DNA of 64,000 nucleotides, from assembly GCA_964016885.1 (NCBI GenBank), contig OZ024763.1:11780001-11844000 (forward strand), written 5' to 3'. A program made the position numbers and the translations under genes. Positions 40,907 through 55,428 of the stretch are shown here, one piece after another (within the stretch, counting starts at the first letter, position 1; each line of letters starts with the position of its first letter). The notes under the pieces were generated by a model. It had not been told where the DNA came from and ran no database searches. It saw nothing but the letters and a program-made list of their open reading frames with translations. This DNA is from Eledone cirrhosa. Lineage: Eukaryota.

Positions 40907-42714
40907 TATAAGTAATTTTGTCATTATTAAGCTGGTGCTTGGAGCTTAACTTAACATAGAATTATAATGAAAAGTTTTTAGATAAAATATAAATACTTTA
41001 AAATAAACAGTTTTGAGTATGGAACCTTGGCAAGTACAGGTAGTTTATCATAAAACGGTTAACTCTTTTGTTACCATATTTCTAATAAGACAGACTATTA
41101 CTTTATTGTGTTCCAGCTGATAGGCTGAGGCCATGCTGGGGCACTGACACTGATTTTCAAATAATTCTGAAAATAATAATTTGGAAGTATTTAGTAATAG
41201 AACTAACTTTCTCATTCTCATTAAGTTGGTGTTTAGCACCAAGTACTCCAGAGGTTTCCTGTAATTTGAGAAAGATTTGCTGGTTATTTCTTCTAGGTTG
41301 AGTGAGTGAAGCTGCTATGGGTGGCTAATGTCATTGGTTGATACAAGGCGTTATCTTTTAGAAACAATGGAGCATCCAGCTAAACACTGTGGTATTTTGT
41401 TCAGGCTCTTTACATTCTATGTTCAAATTCTGTTGCTGTCAACTTTACTGTTCATCCTTCCAGCTGATAAAATAAAAGTACCAGCTAAGTATTAGGGGTA
41501 GTTTAATTCAGGCATGCCAAACATGCGGCTGGCATGTGGCCCTTTACAAGCACTCCTACAGCCTGTACAAAGGTTTTTACTGTGTGAGCATGTTTTATCT
41601 TCTTTAGATGTGATGTGTGCAATTAGTTGTCGTGTGTGGCTTTACCCTCAGTTTGACATGCCTGCTTTGACTTTCCTTCAAGAGTTGCTGGCCTTGTGCC
41701 TCAATTGGAAACTTTTTTTTTTCTCCTTCATTCTTTAGATTCCCTCATCATTCACTAACAACAAACATCATCAGTATTAACATCAACAACAACAAACATC
41801 AGTATTAACATCAACAACAACAAACATCATCAGTATTAACATCAACAACAACAAACATCATCAGTATTAACAACAAACATCAGTATTAACATCAACCACA
41901 TCAACCACAATCTCCAGCACTACAACAAAACCACATTAACCACAACTACATCTACCACAACCATCTTAAGTGACCCCCTCTCTCCCCCTCCCACCACAAC
42001 CATCTTAAGTGACCCCTCTCCCCCTCTCCTACCACCACCATCTTAAATGACACCCTCCCACCACCACCACCACCAATATCTGAAGTGTTCACCTGTTCCA
42101 CTTAGTTTAAGATGACAGTAAAACATATAGAGTTGTTATCTCTCTCATTACTGGGTGGGGGACACTATTGTTGCTTAGCAACCACTTCAATAAATAAATA
42201 AATATCTCAGCCCTCTTCTCCCTCCCCAGGGTCAATGTGTGATCTGTTTTTAATTCCTTGCAAATGAGTGATTGATATGTGGAGTGTGTGTTTGTTTTCA
42301 TCTTGGTGTGGTGTGTGTGGTGTGTATGTGTTGGTGACTGTATGTATGTATGCCTGTGTGTGTGTGAGAGAGGAGAAAGATAGTTTTTATATATCGAATC
42401 ATCATCATCATCATTTTATAACTGCTGTCCATTTTGGCATGGGTTTGACAGGTTGTCATGGTCCAGGAGCAGACAGGTCAGAGCAACACATCTTGCTCAT
42501 GGGTTCCATATTTGACATGGGCTCTATGGTTGGATGTCTACTGGGTGTAGTTTAGTGTGGCACCACCACTAACACTTTACAGGGTGTACTGGGTGTAGGG
42601 TGTGGCACCAACACCAATACTTTACAGGGTGTACTGGGTGTATTTTATCATGGCACCAGCACTAACACTTTACAGGGCGTACTGGGTGTAGTTTATTGTG
42701 ACAGCCGACTTTTG

Positions 42715-42966
42715 AAATTAATGTGCAAGTGGCTGAGCATTCCACAGATAAGTGTCTACTTAATGTAGTTCTCAGGGAGATTCAACGTGACACAGAATGT
42801 GACAAGGCTGGCCCCTGGGAATTACAGATACAACTCATTTCTGCCAGCTGAGTGGACTGGAGTAACATGAAGTAAAGTGTCTTGCTCAAGGACACATGCT
42901 GCTGAGAATCAAATTCACAACCTTACGATTGTAAGCCGAATATCCTAACCACTAAGCCACGTGCCT
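42715..42966 (-). mobile_element. SINE family C (family A-type head+core, different body)
   Basis: tRNA head and CCTTGAGCAAGACACTTT core; the body recurs at 55391-55424/56158-56350 and 58670-58810. Confidence 0.85.
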
Positions 42967-42967
42967 T

Positions 42968-43000
<33 letters not shown>

Positions 43001-43016
43001 CTGTATGTATATATAT

Positions 43017-43048
<32 letters not shown>

Positions 43049-43624
43049 AGAACAGATTAAAGTTTAAGCAAAGAATCACTGCTTTCACCCTTAACGGGAT
43101 CTTCTGTGTGTATATATATATATACACACACACATATACTTGTGTGTGTGTATATATGAGAGTAAAAGAGAGGTTATAAAAGAGGCTTCTTGCTGGTTGT
43201 TTGGAAATGTGTTTAAAGGCCAGCTAAATATTATGATGGGTGTGTCAGAGATGGCTGTTAAGGTGAGAGGTGCGTTGTATATAGGGAAAACATTGTTATT
43301 CAGACATAATGTTCACACACACATTGTATTGATGAAAGCTGGTTGATCATATAATCCTCCGACTTTTTTTATAAACAGATGTAACACTCTACGATTTATA
43401 TTCCTTAGGATTTTCACTCATATATATTTTTATTTGTCTGACCCGAATTTTCTTGGTCGTATTTTCGGCTGTGCGAATGATTGTTTAAGCATTGTCTCAG
43501 TGTGTTGGTATTAAACATTAGTTATAGCTCTGGTTTATCCAAACTGTTGAGCACTTTGCCACACATTTCGAAGATTGTGTTTCGTTATTTCGTGGGCCGA
43601 GGTTCCGATTCTCGATAATTTATT

Positions 43625-43660
<36 letters not shown>

Positions 43661-43701
43661 TACACACACATACATGTGCGTGCGCGTTTTAGTATCTATG
43701 T

Positions 43702-44036
43702 ATCATCATCATCATCATTTTATGTCCGCTTTTCCCTGCTTGCAAAGGTGGGATGAGAACTGATTCTAGCTTGATTTCTACAGCTGGATGCCCTTCCTAA
43801 CACCCACCTCATTTACAGTGAGTGCTGGGTGCTTTTTTGCCGAGGGACCTTCACGACTACTTTGCAGTGGAATGATAGGGACCCCAGTCCCTATCATCTC
43901 ATTTCTACAGCTGAGTAAACTGGAGCAATGTGAATTAAAGTGTCTTGCTCAAGGAAACAACACATCACCTGGTCTGAGAATTGAACTCACAACCTTTCGA
44001 TTGCAAGGCCAATGCTCTAACCACTAAGCCATGTGT
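43702..44036 (-). mobile_element. SINE family A, near full length
   Basis: Reverse complement of 21532-21871. Confidence 0.92.
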
Positions 44037-44842
44037 ATGTATTTGTTTATATGGTAACATCTATTGTTGGTTACATGAACCTCAGAATTTATTTTATGAA
44101 TTTCTACTTAGTTTGGTCTTTCCATTGCTGATGCTATCTGTTGGTCAGATCTCTTGGCAGAAGAAAGGAGCTGGTTATCAGATCAGGCCAAGGAAACAAT
44201 GTTTCCATTGACCTTTCCATTGCTGATACTATCTGTTGGTCAGATGTCTTGGCAGAAGAAATCAGCTGACCATTAGATCAAACCAAGGAAACACTGTTTC
44301 CATTGCTGATATTATCTGTTGGTCACAACTCCTGGTGAAAGAAAGCAGTTCCAAACCTCCACCCCCCGGCCTGCCTGGAAGGTCAGTAGCCCCATTTCAG
44401 TACAGGTTTGGTCTATGTAGACCCATCCAACACACTTGTAAACAGGAAAAGCAGACGTTAAATCACAAACTTTTGTTGTGTTCCAAACATCAACATGAAA
44501 ATTATATTGATTCCCTTCAAATTTTCGATTATTTTCAAAACTATTTTAAAACTATAGACAGTGTCTTTTATTAGAAATATGATAGTGAAAGCTTTAATGA
44601 CACAGGCAGGCAGTGTATTTCACTAGAAATATGGCAGTGAAAGCTTTAATGACACAGGCAGGCAGTGTATTTCACTAGAAATATGGCAGTGAAATGGTTA
44701 ATAGGAAGTTATTTAAAATCAATATTTGTCTAGGAGTTATAATCTCTTTTGGGACAGATTTCCTTTTAGAAGATACAATTTTGTATGTATATATGTGTAT
44801 ATATATATGTATATATATATACACACATATATATATATACAC

Positions 44843-45004
44843 ATACATAATAAACAACACAATATAATTACTATATTACTGAAAGTTTCAAGAAACTAGA
44901 TGATTCTTGCAAGAAACATGTAGCTCGTTCGTCAAATTGTTTTGTCAGACAAACGAGCTGGATGTTTCTTGCAAGAATCCTCCAGTTGTGTTGTTTATTA
45001 TGTA
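44843..45004. repeat. Imperfect fold-back next to (TA)n
   Basis: ATTCTTGCAAGAAACAT.TAGCTCGTT pairs with AACGAGCT..ATGTTTCTTGCAAGAAT; the outer ACATAATAAACAACACAA pairs with TTGTGTTGTTTATTATGT. Confidence 0.8.
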
Positions 45005-46054
45005 ATAAAATAGCTCTGTATTATACATAGAGCACTCTTCTTTCCTTTACCTTTTCTATGGAAATACTTAACACACACACAGGATCTATTTAATGAATGT
45101 GTGTCTGTATGTTTAATGACTGTGTATGCTACATGATAAAATGTTGTTCAGCTACACTCAGCCGTCCCACCACCACCACCACCACTCCACTTCTATCACC
45201 ATCACTCATGGCTGACAACTAGTGTTGCAACTGTTTACGCTGCTTACTTTACTCTTAGTCTCAGCCACCCCCTCGCATCAAACATTTTCTCAGTCTCCTT
45301 CCCTCCCACCTCCACCTCTGCCTCCTACCTTCTCTTTTTTATTTACTTCCGCCATTGGCTGACAGATGGCAGCACGGTGCAGTCAAATGACATTTAACTT
45401 GCAAATGGCTCTTAATTCTTCACTCTCACTCTCTGTCTTTGAGAAATGAGGGTGAGAGGTGGGGTAGGGACAGGTTTGGGTGGGGTTGAAATCATCATAA
45501 TTATTATTATTATGACTACAGTTCTTGTCCTTGTCTATCTTTCTCTCTTTTGAAAGAGACAGGTTTAACATTGTTTTATTGTGGTTACGGCTGATGTCAT
45601 TCTCTCTCTCTCTCTCTCTCTCTCTATCTCCCTTCCTGTCTCCATCTCATTCTCTCTCTCTCCCCCCTCACCTATCTCCTTGTCTCTCCTCTTTGTCTCA
45701 TTCTCCTTCCCTTCAAAAAATAAGTGGTCAGAAATAGAGAGAGATGGGTTTTAAATTATTATTATTATTATTATAGTTGCTATCATGCAATATTTGTCTC
45801 TCTCTCTCTCCTTCCCCTTCTCTCTCTCCTTCCCCTTCTCTCTCTCCTTCCCTCTCTCTCTCTCTCTCTCTCTCCTTTCCCTTCTTCTCTCTCCTGCCCC
45901 CCTCTCCTTCCCCTTCTCTCTCTACTGCCCCCCTCCTTCTATCTTCTCTCTCTCTCACTCTCTCTTTCCCCTTCTTCTCTCCTTCCCCCTCACCCCTCAG
46001 CAGAAAAGGTGTTAATGAGGTTGCCTCTTAATAACACATGTAAATGTTGTTGAC

Positions 46055-46395
46055 ACACACACATACATGCACACACATGCACACAGCCAGACACACACAT
46101 GTACACACAGCCAAACACACACATGTACACACAGCCAGACACACACATGTACACACAGCCAGACACACACATGTACACACAGCCAGACACACACATGTAC
46201 ACACAGCCAAACACACATGTACACACAGCCAAACACACACATGTACACAGCCAGACACACACATGTACATAGCCAAATACACACACACAGCCAAACACAG
46301 ACACACATACACAGCTAAACATACACATGCACACAGCCAAAACACACACATATGTACACATATGTACACAGCCAAACACATACACAGCCACACAC
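46055..46395. repeat. CA-rich ~24-bp minisatellite (CACACAGCCAGACACACACATGTA)
   Basis: Direct inspection. Confidence 0.88.
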
Positions 46396-47164
46396 TCTCT
46401 CACATGTTTAATTGATCCATTGGTGGTGGTGTTGTTGTTGTTGTTAGTGGTGGTGGTGGAGAACTTCATTGATCACGTAGTGGGGGGGGGATAGGTTACA
46501 TGTTTGGCTGTGACCTAATCACATCAGATTCTTCTCTAAAAAGACCCCTAACTCTTGACAAACAGCTTGAACCATTGGGTGAGAGAGGTGGGGGAGAGGG
46601 ATAGGGGGACTGAGAGAGGGGATAGAGGGAGTGGGTGAGAGAGGATAGAGACGGGTGGAGTGAGTGAGGGAGGAGGGACAGAGAGAGAGAGAGTGAATGA
46701 GAGAGATAGCTATCATTGCCATACCTTGATGTCCATCATTAATTTTATCTGACCAAAATTACTTTTGACATTCTATCAAATCTCTCTCATCCAACCCACC
46801 CTCTCTTCTCTCTTCCAGTCCACCTTCTCTTCTCTCTTCCAGTCCACCCTCTCTTCTCTCTTCCAGTCCACCCTCTCTCTCTCTCCCCTCTTCCAGTCCA
46901 CCCTCTCTCTCTCCCCTCTTCCCCTCTCTATCTAACTATCTCTTTTTTATCATTTTTTCCCTTCCTTTGTAAGAAGATCTTATCTTGAAGGATATTGTAG
47001 CTGATGTTTCTAATCCACCATATTCCTGGTATATGTGCTCTATGTACTGAGATGTAAGGGACACTATCTTTTTCTTATGAACCAGCAGGCAACTTATCTA
47101 CTGGACCTAGAAAGCCTTACATGCGAGTTAAGAGTATCTAAGTCTAAAATTTGCCTTAAACCAG

Positions 47165-47418
47165 AAGGTTCGTTAGGCTGGTGCTTATCCCAGTTTCATG
47201 ATGTGAAGTGATTGAGAGTACAAGACTCACCCCTGAACAGGAAGCCAGTCCATCACAGGGTTAAACTCCCAGCTATAACTGATACTCATTTTTAGCTGAG
47301 TATACTGGAGCAACGTGAAATAAAGGGTTTAGCTCAAGAACACAGCACGCAACCCAGGAATCGAACCCACAACATTATGATCGTAAGTCCAACGCCCTTA
47401 CCACTAGGCCATACGCCT
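47165..47418 (-). mobile_element. tRNA-derived SINE family D
   Basis: Head AGGCGTATGGCCTAGTGGTAAGG, B box GGTTCGATTCC, shared core, then AACCCTGTGATGGACTGGCTTCCTGTTCAGGGG. Confidence 0.85.
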
Positions 47419-48363
47419 ATACAAGCTAAGAGTATTGTGTATAAAATGGAAGTGTGATTTATCTACTGAGCCTAGAAAACCTTATATATGAGTTAAGTAC
47501 TGAGCCAAGAATATTATATCATTTCATTTCTACAATATGAGTAAACTGGAGCAATGGGAAATAAAGTATCTTGCTCAAGGAAACAACACGTCACCCGTAG
47601 TATATATACACAAACGTATTTGTGTTTGGAAGGACAACCTGTCAGAGCAAATTTGACAAACAAAAGCTCGAAATGACTGTTTTGTTGTATGAAGGACACC
47701 AAAACCTCCCTAGTGTTGGTGCTGCAATAAGATGCACTCAATATACCCTGTTAAGTGCTAGAACATTGTGAGATATGGATGGACACGGTCACTTGCTTTA
47801 AGTACTGACTTGGTCTGTAATGACTAACCTGTTCAACACCAGTGTGCAAAAACAGCCATTAAATGGTGATGATGATGATGACATCAATTACTAGTGTTTG
47901 CCTATCTAGATAATGTGTGTATATAAATATATACACTCATCAATTACTGGATGTTATGTATGTTTATAAATATATACACTCATTGGTTACTGGTGTTATG
48001 TGCATATATAAATGTATACATACATTGCTTACTGGTGTTAACATATCTACACTGGGTGTATATAAATATATACACACATCTGTTACTGGTGTATATAACG
48101 TGTGTGTATATATATATATGCCCATTGATTTCTGGTATTAACATATCTCACACACATACTCTCTCTCTCACACACACACACACACACTCACACACTCTCT
48201 CACACACACACTCACACAATCTCTCTCACACACACACACACTCACCCAATCTCTCACACACACACTCACCCAATCTCTCACACATACACACTCTAATTTA
48301 TTAACTTTCAGTTTTTTTTTTTTATTGCAATATTATTGATTTTTTTCTTTGTTTATTTTTCCA

Positions 48364-48394
<31 letters not shown>

Positions 48395-48915
48395 GTCGTC
48401 GTTATTATTTTCTCTTGATTTTGTATTTTTTGTAAATTTTGATTAATTTCATAACATCCATATGTTTCAATATTTTATTGCTGCTGTAGTAGTAGTAGTG
48501 TAGTAGTAGTAGTAGTGTAGTAGTCGTAGTAGTGTAGTAGTAGTAGTAGTAGTTGTTGTAGTTGTTTATATTTTCTCGTGTGCAGACAAATAAACAATGT
48601 AATTATTTCATGTTGAAGTGGGAAATAGAAGGGGATGTTTGAGGGTAAGGATTGTAGATGATACGTCATCTATATATATATATATGTGTATATATATATA
48701 TACTTTTTTTGATAAAATTGCCACAAAAAAAACAAGAAAAAGAAAGAGAAGATAAATACCCCCCCCCCCTCCTTTTCAAGAAAACCAAATAAAACTAAAA
48801 GCTATTAATTTAATTCTGTAGTCATTTCTCAACAGAGAATTCAATCAGTGTTCCTAGGGTATACTATTCTCTAGATAATGTATACACTATCTCAACACTT
48901 CAGTCTCTCCCAATC

Positions 48916-49380
48916 TCATTATTTTACTGGTTTCAGACATTAGACTGCGACCAAGCTGGAGTACCATCTTGAAGGGATTTTAGTTAGTCATATCAACCTC
49001 ATTCTTTTACTGGTTTCAGACATTAGACTGCGACCAAGCTGGAGTACCATCTTGAAGGGATTTTAGTTAGTCATATCAATCTCATTCTTTTACTGGTTTC
49101 AGACATTAGACTGCGACCAAGCTGGAGTACCATCTTGAAGGGATTTTAGTTAGTCATATCAACCTCATTCTTTTACTGGTTTCAGACATTAGACTGCGAC
49201 CAAGCTGGAGTACCATCTTGAAGGGATTTTAGTTAGTCATATCAACCTCATTCTTTTACTGGTTTCAGACATTAGACTGCGACCAAGCTGGAGTACCATC
49301 TTGAAGGGATTTTAGTTAGTCATATCAACCTCATTCTTTTACTGGTTTCAGACATTAGATTGCGACAAAGCTGGGGGTAC
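48916..49380. repeat. 83-bp tandem repeat, ~5.5 copies
   Basis: Units start at 48998, 49081, 49164 and onward; near-identical. Confidence 0.95.
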
Positions 49381-49419
49381 CACCTACCAAATTCCACAGA
49401 AAAGGCATTTAATTGCCTA

Positions 49420-49618
49420 ACATTTACATTCCTCTATATATACTATTATATTTTCACAGTAAAGGCTTTTATCTCACATAATATCAAATCTATGAGATTT
49501 TGATATTTATTTTGAGAACAATACCTTAACGTTGGTATGAGTGGCTGGTTACAGCCAGTTTGAACAGAAAGAGGTGAGATAATTCTGGCTGGATACAGCC
49601 AGTTTAAATACTAAAGGG
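49420..49618. mobile_element. piggyBac-type MITE, left end eroded
   Basis: Colinear with 2472-2693; ends AAAGGG|TTAA. Confidence 0.75.
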
Positions 49619-49781
49619 TTAAGGCTAGAGTAGAAAACACTTGCTCAAGTGTTGTGCAGTGGGACTGAGCCTAGAACTACACAGCCACATCTTTGTTTTT
49701 AATCCCTGAGTAGAGGTGGACATGGACTCAGTAAGCTGTAGTGGTAGCAGCCTGTCTAGTTAGGGAAGCAGTGAGTTTCTA

Positions 49782-51188
49782 ACCTGGCTAGGAGAGCAGT
49801 AACTATTGTTAGACATAGCGAAGGCTACCTGGCTAGGAGAGCAGTCACTATTGTTAGACATAGCGAAGGCTACCTGGCTAGGAGAGCAGTGAGTCTGTAA
49901 GACATAGCGAAGGCTACCTGGCTAGGAGAGCAGTCACTATTGTTAGACATAGCGAAGGCTACCTGGCTAGGAGAGCAGTGAGTCTGTAAGACATAGCGAA
50001 GGCTACCTGGCTAGGAGAGCAGTCACTATTGTTAGACATAGCGAAGGCTACCTGGCTAGGAGAGCAGTAACTATTGTTAGACATAGCGAAGGCTACCTGG
50101 CTAGGAGAGCAGTAACTATTGTTAGACATAGCGAAGGCTACCTGGCTAGGAGAGCAGTCACTATTGTTAGACATAGCGAAGGCTACCTGGCTAGGAGAGC
50201 AGTCACTATTGTTAGACATAGCGAAGGCTACCTGGCTAGGAGAGCAGTCACTATTGTTAGACATAGCGAAGGCTACCTGGCTAGGAGAGCAGTGAGTCTG
50301 TAAGACATAGCGAAGGCTACCTGGCTAGGAGAGCAGTCACTATTGTTAGACATAGCGAAGGCTACCTGGCTAGGAGAGCAGTAACTATTGTTAGACATAG
50401 CGAAGGCTACCTGGCTAGGAGAGCAGTAACTATTGTTAGACATAGCGAAGGCTACCTGGCTAGGAGAGCAGTAACTATTGTTAGACATAGCGAAGGCTAC
50501 CTGGCTAGGAGAGCAGTAACTATTGTTAGACATAGCGAAGGCTACCTGGCTAGGAGAACAGTCACTATTGTTAGACATAGCGAAGGCTACCTGGCTAGGA
50601 GAGCAGTGAGTCTGTAAGACATAGCGAAGGCTACCTGGCTAGGAGAGCAGTCACTATTGTTAGACATAGCGAAGGCTACCTGGCTAGGAGAGCAGTGAGT
50701 CTGTAAGACATAGCGAAGGCTACCTGGCTAGGAGAGCAGTCACTATTGTTAGACATAGCGAAGGCTACCTGGCTAGGAGAGCAGTGACTATTGTTAGACA
50801 TAGCGAAGGCTACCTGGCTAGGAGAGCAGTCACTATTGTTAGACATAGCGAAGGCTACCTGGCTAGGAGAGCAGTGAGTCTGTAAGACATAGCGAAGGCT
50901 ACCTGGCTAGGAGAGCAGTCACTATTGTTAGACATAGCGAAGGCTACCTGGCTAGGAGAGCAGTGACTATTGTTAGACATAGCGAAGGCTACCTGGCTAG
51001 GAGAGCAGTCACTATTGTTAGACATAGCGAAGGCTACCTGGCTAGGAGAGCAGTCACTATTGTTAGACATAGCGAAGGCTACCTGGCTAGGAGAGCAGTG
51101 AGTCTGTAAGACATAGCGAAGGCTACCTGGCTAGGAGAGCAGTCACTATTGTTAGACATAGCGAAGGCTACCTGGCTAGGAGAGCAGT
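49782..51188. repeat. 45/44-bp minisatellite, ~31 copies, two interspersed unit types
   Basis: ACCTGGCTAGGAGAGCAG + (TCACTATTGTT or TGAGTCTGTA) + AGACATAGCGAAGGCT. Confidence 0.97.
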
Positions 51189-51557
51189 GTTTAGACAGAC
51201 ATGAGGTATGGTGCAGAGAGTACTAATATCTAGACAGGATGTGGTGTGGGGTGGAGAGAGTACTTTAAAGCAGTACTGTCTAGACAGGGAGGATGTGGGG
51301 TGGTGGTGAGAGTACTTTAAAGTGGTGGTGTCTAGACAGGAAGTGGTATTAGTATGTAGAGAGATTGGTAGATGGTAGCCAGCTAAATTCTTCTGCCAGA
51401 CTTTGCTTTCCAAAGACTCCTGCTTGTAAAAGACAGCACCATTTCTGTAGAGTAAGACTAACAGAGCGGTAGGAACTGCCAAATAACTTCCTTCTCATCT
51501 CTTTTTCTCCATATATATATATATATATACACACATACATACATGGTACATACTCAT

Positions 51558-51589
<32 letters not shown>

Positions 51590-51620
51590 ATATATATATA
51601 TATAGATATCATCATCAGAT

Positions 51621-51655
<35 letters not shown>

Positions 51656-51669
51656 CATATCATAATCAG

Positions 51670-51716
<47 letters not shown>

Positions 51717-51727
51717 AAGAGCGAGAT

Positions 51728-51772
<45 letters not shown>

Positions 51773-51788
51773 CATATCATCATCAGAT

Positions 51789-51841
<53 letters not shown>

Positions 51842-51875
51842 TACACACATATCATCATCAGACACACACACATAC

Positions 51876-51952
<77 letters not shown>

Positions 51953-52035
51953 AAGAAAGAGCGAGATGTACACACATACACAAATACATCATCATCATCA
52001 TTTAATGTCTGTTCTCCCCGCTACCATATATATGC

Positions 52036-52073
<38 letters not shown>

Positions 52074-52225
52074 TCCACCCCCTTCCTTCCCTCGTCTCTG
52101 TTTCTCTCTCTAGATATATAATATATATATCCAAGCGCACACACATACTCACATCTTTTTACATCCATTTATATACACAAATATACACATATACACACTA
52201 TGTATGTGTTCTATGTTTGTGTGTA

Positions 52226-52260
<35 letters not shown>

Positions 52261-52339
52261 TAATATATATGTGTGTGTGTATGTGTATATATATATATAT
52301 ATATATAATATATATAATATATATGTGTGTGTGTGTGTG

Positions 52340-52371
<32 letters not shown>

Positions 52372-52644
52372 ATTACTTTATAATGAGATGAAAATGCTAA
52401 GCAAATAATTGCTATAGAATAGCAGAGAATTGCAGAGATTGCCACACAATACAATTATTATTGAGTTTAAAGTATGGTTTCTGAATGGTTTGGAATGGTT
52501 CTTGGAAATACTAATGGAGATATTCTATTTGATAAGTTGATTGTAGGTTTGGTTTGTCTATTGTGATTGCTAGATCTCTAGAATTTTCTTCCATTCAGTC
52601 AATGGGTGATGTTGTCTTTTGCTAGGACCAATAATATTGGTGTG

Positions 52645-52701
<57 letters not shown>

Positions 52702-52707
52702 ATCTCG

Positions 52708-52757
<50 letters not shown>

Positions 52758-52795
52758 GTGTATGTGTGTGTGTGTGTGTGTCTGATGATGATATG

Positions 52796-52834
<39 letters not shown>

Positions 52835-52874
52835 ATACACATATATACACACACACATATATAATTGGTCATCA

Positions 52875-53063
52875 GTGGATTGGCAGTATTGGTAAAGCAT
52901 GAGACGCCATGCTTTGCAGCATAGATTTATGGCGCTTTATGTTCTGAGTTCAAATTCTGCCGAGGTTAGCTTTGCCTCTCATCCTTACGGGGTCGATAAA
53001 ATAAAGTACCAGTAATTCACTGGGGTAATTGCTGGCCTTGTGCTAAAAGTAGAAACAATTATT
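52875..53063 (+). mobile_element. SINE family B, full length
   Basis: Head, B box, central domain and tail. Confidence 0.9.
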
Positions 53064-53261
53064 ATGATGATATTGTTTGGTGGTGGTGGTGGTGGTGGTG
53101 CTGGTTGTAGTATTGGTTATAATGGTGGTGGTGGTGGTTGAGGTAGTAGTGGTATTTGGGATACTGGTTATGGTAGTGGCTGTAGTGGTGTTTGCGATGG
53201 ACGCAGTGGTAGTGCTATTTGTTGTGACAGTAGTTAAGACAGTGGTAGTGTTGGTATTGAT

Positions 53262-54120
53262 TGTGATGGAGGTAGTGGTAGTAGTGGTATTGGTGATACT
53301 GGTAGTGGTTGAGATGGTGGTGGTACTGGTGGTGGAAGTGGTTTGGGTGGTGGTTGTGATGGAGGTAGTGGTGGTGGTGGTATTGGTGATACTGGTAGTG
53401 GTTGAGATGGTGGTGGTACTGGTGGTGGAAGTGGTTTGGGTGGTGGTTGTGATGGAGGTAGTGGTAGTAGTGGTATTGGTGATACTGGTAGTGGTTGAGA
53501 TGGTGGTGGTACTGGTTGTGGAAGTGGTTTGGGTGGTGGTTGTGATGGAGGTAGTGGTGGTAGTGGTATTGGTGATACTGGTAGTGGTTGAGATGGTGGT
53601 GGTACTGGTGGTGGAAGTGGTTTGGGTGGTGGTTGTGATGGAGGTAGTGGTAGTAGTGGTATTGGTGATACTGGTAGTGGTTGAGATGGTGGTGGTACTG
53701 GTTGTGGAAGTGGTTTGGGTGGTGGTTGTGATGGAGGTAGTGGTAGTAGTGGTATTGGTGATACTGGTAGTGGTTGAGATGGTGGTGGTACTGGTGGTGG
53801 AAGTGGTTTGGGTGGTGGTTGTGATGGAGGTAGTGGTAGTAGTGGTATTGGTGATACTGGTAGTGGTTGAGATGGTGGTGGTACTGGTTGTGGAAGTGGT
53901 TTGGGTGGTGGTTGTGATGGAGGTAGTGGTGGTAGTGGTATTGGTGATACTGGTAGTGGTTGAGATGGTGGTGGTACTGGTTGTGGAAGTGGTTTGGGTG
54001 GTGGTTGTGATGGAGGTAGTGGTGGTAGTGGTATTGGTGATACTGGTAGTGGTTGAGATGGTGGTGGTACTGGTGGTGGAAGTGGTTTGGGTGGTGGTTG
54101 TGATGGAGGTAGTGGTGGTG
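53262..54120. repeat. 93-bp GT-rich minisatellite, ~9 copies
   Basis: 31-codon periodicity in ORF 53077-54288; built from (GGT)n variants. Confidence 0.93.
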
Positions 54121-54889
54121 GTTCTGGTTGCGGGGGTGGGGGTGGATGATGGTGGTGTTGATGGAGGTAGTGGGATTGGTGATGGAGGCAGTGGGGGAAT
54201 GATGGTGGTGTTGATGGTAGTAGTGGTATTGGTGATGGAGGCAGTGGTGGTGTTGATAGTTGTTGTGTTAATGGTAGTAGTGGTATAGGTGATACTGGTT
54301 GGGATGGTGGTTGTTGCGGAGGTGGATGATGGTGGTGTTGGTGGTTGTTGTGGTGGTCTAGGCAGTGTTTTGTGTTGTATACATTAGTGAAGTATGGCTG
54401 TGTGCTGTAGTATCCACTTAGAGAGAGAGAGAGCTATGTGGGTGGGGCAGCACTCCTGTTTGGGTTAAGTATCTTGACCTCAGGGACACAATGAAGTGTC
54501 ACTGAGGGACAGGATATGAACCACTGACCTCATGGCTTGTTTGATAGCATCCTTTATCAATTTGACCATCTCTCTCTCATCCCCCCCTCTCTCTCTCTCT
54601 CTCATCCCCCCTCTCTCTCTCTCACCCCCCCTCTCTCTCTCATCCCCCCTCTCTCTCTCTCTATTTCTACACATACACACACGTACACACATCTTTACTC
54701 TCATACACAACCATTTGTACCATTAAACACACACACACTCTCACATACACACACACAATCATCAAGTCCATGCTGCAGCTGCCACTAAAACCATCCGTTT
54801 TAAAGGAAAATATATATTTATTCAAGAATATTTCCAATAAAAAAATTGAATTAAGCAACAGGGGGGGGGGGGGCGGGGGGCGGGGCAGA

Positions 54890-55190
54890 CTTTACACCCC
54901 CCAGTCTATGTGGTGGTTCCCTTGGTGATGGCATTGCCAGCGACACCCCACCTCGCAGGGTTCCTTCCTCAGACAGACTGCCGATGTTCCAATCTTGTGG
55001 AGAAGCTTGATAGTACTGGGTCCAAGTACTCCTGGGGGCAGCCGGTGTGAAGAGGAAGTGGCTGGACAGTCGCCTGTATTTGTTTATCTTCCTTTCTTCT
55101 ACATTTTGGTCCACAGTACCGGTCCACATTGCGGACCACAGTTTTGTGGAAATTTGGAGAGATTTAGTCACAGAGAACTTTCTCATTATT
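54890..55190 (-). mobile_element. Highly degraded CRE-like endonuclease fragment
   Basis: VEERKINKYRRLSSHFLFTPAA resembles the AE..K..KY..L...F.P.A segment of the copy at 29795-30545. Confidence 0.5.
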
Positions 55191-55428
55191 TATGTTGTGT
55201 TTGGAACATAACAAATGTTATAAGTTATTAGTAAACACTTCCACAAGTGATACCAAACTGCCTGATAATGCCTCTGGTTCTATCATAGAAGCTCTTTATA
55301 TTTATTTAAAAACCATCCATTGTAGTTTTATGTAAGAACCTTTATGTTCCAAATTCTTGATTATTTAAAAAATTATTTGAAATTATCCAACAAGTGGCTG
55401 AACATTCAACACTCACATGCTCCTTTAA

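Noticed and set aside
43340-43625. CpG-containing segment next to (TA)n, possibly a decayed retroelement ORF
   Set aside because: Multiple stops and no motif that I can identify with confidence.
44875-44940. Possible minus-strand hammerhead (UUGACGA...GAAAC)
   Set aside because: The core is mutated and stem I is negligible; kept only as a fold-back.
49782-51188. CRISPR-like repeat/spacer appearance
   Set aside because: Only two short recurring variable segments, no unique spacers, no cas genes, and a eukaryotic context.
53077-54288. Val-rich ORF, or a Thr-rich mucin-like reading on the minus strand
   Set aside because: Derived from (GGT)n; no splice or domain context supports an exon.
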